Origin: Bugula neritina
Taxonomy: Eukaryota > Animalia > Bryozoa
Length of the DNA: 64,000 nt
Direction of reading: 5' to 3'
Assembly: GCA_964035545.1 (NCBI GenBank)
Contig: OZ037769.1
Coordinates: forward strand, 1,922,001 to 1,986,000
The position numbers and the translations under genes were made by a program. Below are positions 1 through 64,000 of this stretch, one piece after another (position 1 is the first letter of the stretch; each line of letters starts with the position of its first letter). Below the pieces are notes generated by a model, which saw only the letters and a program-made list of their open reading frames with translations, made no database searches and had not been told where the DNA came from.

Positions 1-205
1 AAGTACATTAAATTTTAGAAACAGCACCAAATAAAATATTAGGAAGAGAATTTGAGTTGCTTCTGCAAGTAAGCTTAAAAATAACTGCGTCACACAATAA
101 AACCTTTTATTACGATTTTTAAAAATCAAAGTAGATTGTAAGTTGACAAAAGAATAGTTAAGAAATTGTCTATACTTTGCCAGGGATATGCTTCTATGAG
201 TGTTG

Positions 206-260
206 GAGATTTATAGAGATTTTTAGAGATTTATAGAGATTTTTAGAGATTTTTAGAGAT
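206..260. repeat. 10-bp minisatellite (GAGATTT[A/T]TA) x5.5
   Basis: Direct tandem units visible. Confidence 0.9.
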
Positions 261-345
261 ACCTATCCAGTGATGTTTCAATGTAAACTTAAAAGCTGAA
301 AAATACATTTCAAATAATATTAACGGCAAAGCATTTTGTATATAG

Positions 346-12705
<12,360 letters not shown>

Positions 12706-12998
12706 TGCTAATGGCTTATGGCTTAAAGAGTGTGAACCAATCACTGTTGACAATGTCTCAGTTTATTCTACTCTTAAATTACACTCTCGACGTATGACAG
12801 CTTTAATGTTATATATTGAAACATTGTGCAAGTGTGTGTAATGTGCAACTGAAAACTGAGTAATGTTTGAAACTCTGTGCTATAATGTATTCAGTACAAT
12901 AATAATTATTATAAGGGTAATTAAGTTCCAGAATTTTTAGTGGCTCAAGTTTAGATAATTATCATGATCTACTAAATTAATTGTAGATTTGTTTCCGG

Positions 12999-13004
12999 AA
13001 TAAA
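12999..13004 (+). terminator. Candidate polyadenylation signal of copy 1
   Basis: First AATAAA seen after the stop codon (~295 nt), followed by T-rich sequence. Confidence 0.4.
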
Positions 13005-14019
13005 AACACTTTTACATATTTAGTTTTTATAGCTACTAATCATGCAAAAATACAGTTCATTGCTATTTGCTTGTATACACTGCTTGCACAATTAGGTTGT
13101 TCTATGCATTGAACTTTAACCCCCATAATAAGGGTTATAGTTTCAGTTCAGTGGTTCTATGCATTTGAATTGACAGAAACTTTACTCCCAAAATGAATAC
13201 ATCATATATGGAGCTTAGTGCATGCTATCTTTTTTTTCTAGTTTGCTTTGTTATTGGTTTTAATGCGATTCATACATAAACAGTACTTTGGGCATAAGGG
13301 CTTATGAAGGCCAATCATAACGTACACAATAAATACGATTTAGCATCTGTTGCTGCTGCTGTACTGTTTTTATAAAATTTAAGTAGCTATATGCACCTGT
13401 TGCAGTTTAATTTTACAAGTAATTGATTAAAATATAATATAAACAAGTTTCTAGTAACACAGCAGAAGTTTTGGCGTTTGTTTTCTCTTTAACACAAAGA
13501 AAACCAATAAAAAATAGTCCATTATATGCTTGATAAATTATTCAATATATATGACAATCAAATTTAGTTCTTTCTCAAACCTCTTTTAGAATTTTAGTGT
13601 TTGCTTGCATGATGAATTTTATCTCATCAATGTTGTGTAGTAAAAACATAATTTAGTAAGTTGCAAAAACTAAATTATAGACTGATAAAATGTTAATTGA
13701 TAAATCAATATTGACTGGAGCTTTTAATCAAAGTTGAACTAAACTATGATTTGAAAGAAATTTTCTAAACTTCTATTTGTATTAAATATATCTACAAATT
13801 GCTTAAAGTCACTGGCCCATGTTAGAGATAGATAATATGATCTATGCAAATGCAATGTTTATGAGCTCAAACCTATAGTATGTATATAGGTGTATGTGGC
13901 CAACCAATGTTCAACTGGGCACTTGTGCATTCATGCACAACATGATGTATGATGGGCGCAGACTAGGTATATAATAAAGCAATTAATTATGTTTGGACTT
14001 GCGTGAGAAGTAGATGAAC

Positions 14020-14100
14020 ATGCTGTCACTCTCTGAGTCTGGGTCTTATCATCAACAGTATTTACATTGGAAGTTCAACTCCGTCATCAACATTTGAGTG
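14020..14100 (+). promoter_or_regulatory. Probable non-coding first exon of copy 2
   Basis: Donor GTG|GTAAGT at 14101 and acceptor TTCTTAG at ~14319 upstream of ATG 14349. The start coordinate is approximate. Confidence 0.35.
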
Positions 14101-14348
14101 GTAAGTTAAGTTTTCTAGCAAGACAACGCTTATAGTTATTAACAAATAATTTAATTTAGACATTCAAAATGTATTTGTTCTTGTATATTATAATTTCTGA
14201 AGTTGCAGCTATATTTAAACTCCAAATTAGTAGCTAAGTGTGTAAAGCTTAATTAGGGAGTTGAAATAGTTCTAGCATAGCTTAATGAATAGTTGAACAG
14301 AGTATGGTAATATTCTTAGGTAGAAAATTGTCCAGCTACCCAAGAAAC

Positions 14349-39857
<25,509 letters not shown>

Positions 39858-42489
39858 TGGTTGAAAGAGTGTTAATCAACGTCACCAAAGCTGTTGCCAC
39901 TGTTTTAGTTTATTTCATTCTTAAATGCACTATATCGACACATGCTGCCCAGGTGTGCATGCATGTGTGCTATTTATAGACACGGAGTAATGTTTTGAAT
40001 GCTTCTTCATATATTCAGTACCTCTTTAATATACAGGTGTATGTTACTCCAGACTAATTTGCGGCTGGAATTTTGTTAAAATAACTTAACTTTAAAAAAA
40101 GTAAATTTTCCTAAAATCTATAAACTTATGTTGATACATATCTGTATTTGTACGTATAATTGTCAACAAATGATGCAAAACATATTTCACTGTTTAGGAC
40201 CCGGTTTCTCTGTGAATACAATTATAACAGTGCATAGCTTCCAGCCAAAAATTAACTCATTTGTAACAATTTGCCTCATTAAATTCAAAGAAATGTTTTC
40301 TTTATCCACAAGCTGTAAAAAAGTTATTACATTCATCTTGTCACGTATGTTTTAATATTATAAACATATACAGGTAGCTGAGAATCTATGGAATTTAATA
40401 ATTGGTGTTAATCGAAATGTACAGTACACAAAGCTTTCTTAAAATTAAAGTTCCAATATGACATCAATGCAAAACTGTTGCTCCAATATGCCGTCATTGT
40501 GTAGCTTCTTAAGTAATGGCTAGAGAAAGTATATTATAATTTTTCGTAGTGATACTAAGTCACTAAAGCGCCTTAGGTTTATATGCATTTAGTGTTAGCT
40601 TACTTTTCCTCTACTGTGGGACCAGAGAGCTTTGAAATTTCTACTTCAACTTTTGGTCTATAGTGATATTCCTTCATAGGTTTCTGCTGTTTTCTGTGTT
40701 ATGATGATTATTCTGCTGGAAATATCTGAAGACAAAATTTTTGATCAACCATTATTTTTACCAGCTTGTTGAATAAAACCAAAGTTATTTAAAACAAATG
40801 AAAACTTCAATAAAAAAGTGATGTTATTGGTTAATCGATGTATAGCGATGTACCTATTCGAAGACATGCATGGTGTGTTGTGTGCAGCCATGCATGCAAG
40901 CTGATATGGTGATATTTTGGTACGTATGCACAGCAGTTATTACCCAAAAGGTCATTTTATTACAGATAAATTAATTGCACAGCTGTCAACTGAATTTTTG
41001 TTTGCTTGAAAGCTGAGCTAGTATTTTCAGTCAATTGTAAGTAGTTGAACTAATCTCAGTGAGTTGCAGGTAAGCCAATACCTTTCACAACTTTGACTAA
41101 AGTCTTTGCAGAGTTGCATCATTTAACTTTCAACACCCACACTCAAGCGCTTGGTTTACTATAGCTCTGTAAGCTTGTGTCTCAGAAATGACCAGTACCA
41201 GCATGCTTATAGGTAACCAACCAATATTGATGTTTTAAGAGATACTCAAAGATTAGTTAATAAAATCTGTAGTAATGTTTATTATTGATTAATTATAGAC
41301 ATTTAATTATCATTTATCTATACACCCATATCTGTTTGCTTCTAACAACACTATTTAAGTTTATCAAGTATCTCTTAGTTGCATCTATTATTGATTTGGC
41401 AAAATGCAGAAACAAGGTCAGTTAAACTTTTGAAATACAAAGCCTTTTATGCTTTTGGAGATTGGCCAATCTTGAACCAAACATCTAATTGAGAGTTGTC
41501 AACCAACCCATTAATGACATGCTAACATATAATATTATGCTTTTTGAAACTATTTTATGCAAGTGAATTGATAAAGTAAGGCTTGTTTGGTAAAGCATAA
41601 GCAAGTTTTCTTCAGTGTTTAATTTCATACAATATAGCTGCGCAGTTTTCAGGCTAGCCATTAGCCAGCCACATGGCTGTTTTGTTAGTGCTTAAGGCAA
41701 AACTTTAGTTTGCTACAAGAGAGCTTGGTTTGCAATATTATAGCTTGCAAATCATCCCCAATCTCCACATTGGCTATTTAGGGTACTATAAATGAGCAGT
41801 GCTTACTGCATACTCAAGGTTGACTAAGCTAAACCTGTATTAAATTTGTACTATAGTCTGCTACTCATGAGAAGTACTAGGGCAAGACATAGGTTTAGGA
41901 ATTGAGGTCATTCACTATAGATATAAACATGACAACTTAATATAGTTGAAGGTAAATTTATAGCTTTGGTAACTTCACTGCATTGTTAATGTGAAATAAC
42001 TGTATAATAGTAAGGTAATATATTGCAGGAGCATTCATGCATATGGTTGTGGTTTTAGTGGAAGCATAGCATATTATATTACTTGCTATTATGATCATCT
42101 TCTACCTGAGGCAGTTTGTTATACATTATTATAGCCCAAAACTTTTTCTTCAATATATTCATTGACCAGCATTAGACTACCGTCTTACATTTGTCATTTC
42201 CTTTAGCCGATCAGTATAAATAAAGTTTATATAGTAAGTTGAACAAACGGGTTGTACTAAGGATAAGCAAAGACATGTCCTTTAAAAATTCAGGCTCTTC
42301 AAGATAGATAATATACAAGCTAAGTCAATAGTGCACAGCCTGGAAGATCTCTAAACTATTATTGTAAGCAGTCATGCATGTAGTGATGGCTTTAGCCAAA
42401 GTATTTCATAATAGTTTACAGTTTGTAATTGATCATTCTTAGTTTAAGGCAGTACAATTAGCTATGCTAGGGTCCGTCACTTGTAAACT

Positions 42490-42559
42490 TTGTATACTTG
42501 TATCAGTCAACAGTGTCTAGTCACATCAATAGGTCATAGTAGTCACTGAAAGTTTACAG
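42490..42559 (+). promoter_or_regulatory. Probable non-coding first exon / TSS region of copy 3 (paralog at ~63630-63704)
   Basis: Inr-like TCAGT, strong donor CAG|GTAAGT at 42560 conserved as AAG|GTAAGC at 63705, and an acceptor at ~42815 just before the ATG. The start coordinate is approximate. Confidence 0.5.
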
Positions 42560-42823
42560 GTAAGTCACCCCTTTATAACAACTACAAAGTGTTGAATATA
42601 TATTATAAGCCTTGCTTTTTAACATCAACATTGTAAGGTGATATGCTTCCTTGTAACCAGTTCATCTACATTAAGTAAAAACATACTTCTTTCTAGAATA
42701 TGTTAATTAGGTATATTGGTACAATAATCTGACAATGTGATAGTTGGTAATAATTTACAGCAAACTGTGGCATCTTTGCTCTTAATATTTTGATTTAGAA
42801 TGACTTTAATTTTAGTTTGAGAC

Positions 42824-60951
<18,128 letters not shown>

Positions 60952-63900
60952 AGGGTGTGAACCAATCAATGCTGCTGCCACTGTTTTAGTTTATTTTAGT
61001 TCTAAATGCACTATATTGACACATGCTGCCCAGGTGCATGCATGGGCTATTTATAGACAGTGAGTAATGTTTTGAATCCCTTTCATATATTTCATGCTAC
61101 CTTTCCTATTTACTATACAGGTAACTGCTCTAAAATACCTTGTGACTGAAAGTTAAACGAATTTAACTTTAACAAAGTAAATCTTTCTTAAAATCTATAA
61201 ATCTTTGTTGGCATATGTAATTGCAAAATATAATTTATTGTTTAAAACTTGGTTTCGTTGCAAGTGCAATTATAACATTGTATAACTCAAAGTTAAAAAT
61301 TGCTCAATTATATTTTTACCTTCATTCAATAAAGTGTTTTATTTATCAGCAAGCAGTACAAAAACTATTACATCTGTCACATATGTTTTAATGTTATAAA
61401 ATATGCAGGTAGCTGAAGATTTATAAAAAATTATTGCTACTGTCAATCCATATATGTCGAGCCTAAAAAATTTTTCATAGAATCAAAGTTGAAAGTTTAC
61501 ATTGCTGCAAAATCGTTGATTCAATATGATTTATTTGCATAGCAATTCTTAAGTGATGACTGGAAATGATTCATACATTTTTTAGTGATAGTCACTAAAG
61601 GTTCATATGCAGTCAGTGTTTACTTAAATTCTCTCTACTGTGTGACAATGGAGGTATTTGAAATTTCTACATCAGCTTTTGTTCCACAGTGATGCCCATT
61701 TGCTTTCTATACTTGTTGCACAGCATTTCAATGAGCCAAGTTTTTTGTGTTATATGACTTCCTTGCCAGCTTTTGAAAAAAATTCTATCTAAAATTTTTA
61801 GCAGCTTTTTAATTAACTTTCATCAGAAAACACTTGCACACAAACCAAATATGTTTCCGTTTGACACACACCTTCAGGTCAATATAATTCATTTATAGTT
61901 TTGACAATTTTCTAAATTATTGAAAAAAGTAACCATATTATTTTTTTCAGCCTGGTAATTAAAGCCACAGCTATTTAGAATAAACTAGAGCTTCAATTAT
62001 AAAAGCAATGTTATTGTTTAATCAAAGTATAGCTATGTGTTAGAAAAATGGTTGTGTGCAGTCATGCATCTACATTGATATGGTGGTATTTTGGTATCCA
62101 GGTAAGTTACCTATATTTAAACATTTTATTTAAGTCAAATAAATTACACACCTGTCAACTGAATTTTTAGCCAAAAATTTCTTCCCTATAATATACTGTA
62201 ACTAGCTGAATTAATTTCAATAAGTTACTGGCAATTTTAAGTTTTGATTGAAGACTGCAGAAAATTGCGTAATTCAACTTTTATAGCACTCCCTCGCGCA
62301 CACACATACGCTTGGTTTACTAATTCCGTACGATGGTGTAATAATAATGTATACCGCCACTGGCATGCTTAGGTAACCAACCAATATTATTGTTTTAAGA
62401 GATAATTGGAAATCAGTTAACAAAATTTGTAGAGATGCTTATAATGCTGAATCAATGTAGATATTTAGCTACTGTTTATCTACAGCCATATCTATTTGCT
62501 TCTAAAAACACTATTTGAATTGAGCAAGTGTGTCTTGGTTGCAGAGTCATTATTAGTTTAGCAAAATTCAGAGAATAATTAAGTTGAACTCTTGAGATGC
62601 AAAGTCTTTTATGTTTCTGCATAACAACCAATTTTAAGAAAATATAATAAGGAGTTGTCAAACTGGCCATTTGTGTTTCAATAAAATATTATTATTCTGC
62701 TTTTTGAAACTTGTATATGCATTAAGTGCCTATTAGATAAGCATAAGGCAGTTTTTTTTATTGTTTAGTTTCATATATTATAGCTAGAGAGTCTTCAGGC
62801 TAGTCATTAGGCAGAATATTGGCTGTTTTCTCATTGCTTGAAGGCAAAGCTTTAGTTTGCTACTAAAAGCTTAAAAATTATCCCCAATCTTCACATTGAC
62901 CATTTAGAGTACCACTGAGCAGTGCATATTAAAATCCCAAGTTTTGCTAAGCTAGGCCTGCATTAAACTCCTAGTACCTTGAGCTACAGAGAAGCGTGTC
63001 GGGGTAAATGAAAAGTTTAAAAATTGAGGTTATCCATGATAAATAACATGACAGTCAAAGATAAATTTTAGCCACTGCTTTTTTGATGTGAATTAATTGC
63101 GTATAATTATAGTGAGGTAACGTTGGGGCATTCATGCATATATGGTGATGGATGTATTTAAGCATTGAGAATCCTATTAATTTATATTGATCATTTCTAA
63201 TTTTAAGCATTTTACAATACAATTCTCACCTTTCTCTGCCATGTTCTGATTAGCATTTTGCTATATATGATAGCTGGAAGCCCTTTTTTCAAGCTATAAG
63301 TTGGCCGTTATAAAACCTTTATTTTTATTGAGCTAATAAGTGTAAATAAAGTTTATAGTAGCTTAAAAAAAGGTTGCACAAAAAAAAACCAAAAACACAT
63401 GCCTTAAAAATTGTGGTCTTTCAAGACAGGTCATGCATGAATATTCAGTAAAGAGTAAATATATAGTAATGAGGACATTCCTATTGGGAACTACAACGCT
63501 TATATATTCCTAGAAGCAGTCATGCATGCATAAGCTTGTTAATATATTATATAAAATCATTTTATAGTTTGTAATTTATAGTCTTTAGTTTGAGGCAGAA
63601 CAAGCTATGGCCAGTCACGCATAAACTCTGTATATACTTGTATTAGTCAACAGTGCAGTCTAGTTCTATCACTATAGTTCAAAGTAGTCAGTGAAAGTTT
63701 GAAGGTAAGCTACCCCTTTATTACAATAACAAAATGTTGAATAGTTTATTTACATCAAAGTTGTAAGTTGGTGTTATCTTGTACCCGATTCATTTACATT
63801 GAATATAAATAGATTTATTTCCAGACTGGGTGAATTAGGTATAAATTCGTACTTATTACAGGTGTGTTGAGTGATAAAAAATTTGCCAATATTATAGTAA

Positions 63901-64000
63901 TTAGTATGGTGTCCAATAAACAAGGCACAGGTAATAATGGTACAAATGGCAAAGTAGGTTAAAATGGCATACTTTCAATGTGATGGTTTGGAGTTTAGGT
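60952..64000 (+). other. 3' UTR/intergenic/5' UTR block paralogous to 39858..42800; upstream region of a probable fourth ABCC copy
   Basis: Colinear similarity over ~3 kb, e.g. TGCCACTGTTTTAGTTTATT...ACACATGCTGCCCAGG at ~39896 and ~60976, and TACTTGTAT(C/T)AGTCAACAGTG...TGAAAGTTT..AG|GTAAG at ~42495-42565 and ~63635-63710. In copy 3 this block precedes the ATG exon. Confidence 0.8.

Overview
AT-rich, intron-rich animal (probably invertebrate) genomic DNA. It carries a head-to-tail tandem array of ABCC5/MRP5-like ABC exporter genes on the + strand: copy 1 lacks its 5' end (coding exons 6-29, stop at 12705), copy 2 is complete (14349..39857, 29 coding exons, ~1360 aa), copy 3 is complete (42824..60951, ~1364 aa), and the upstream region of a probable copy 4 runs to the window end. 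The copies look mosaic: NBD exons are almost identical while transmembrane exons diverge. Intron 2 of copy 2 holds a nested transposon stack: a non-autonomous PIF/Harbinger-type element (17559..26488) containing a young, intact BEL/Pao LTR retrotransposon (17948..25212, - strand, identical 451-bp LTRs, ATAAT TSD) and a 342-bp MITE. Intron 1 holds a TTAA-flanked Kolobok-like element. The most unusual signal is in the BEL/Pao element, which has neither a tRNA-type PBS nor a polypurine tract. Instead its 3' UTR encodes a GU-rich hairpin whose 3' tail is complementary both to the sequence abutting the 5' LTR and to the sequence abutting the 3' LTR, suggesting a self-encoded primer/bridging RNA. 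All alignments and folds were done by eye.
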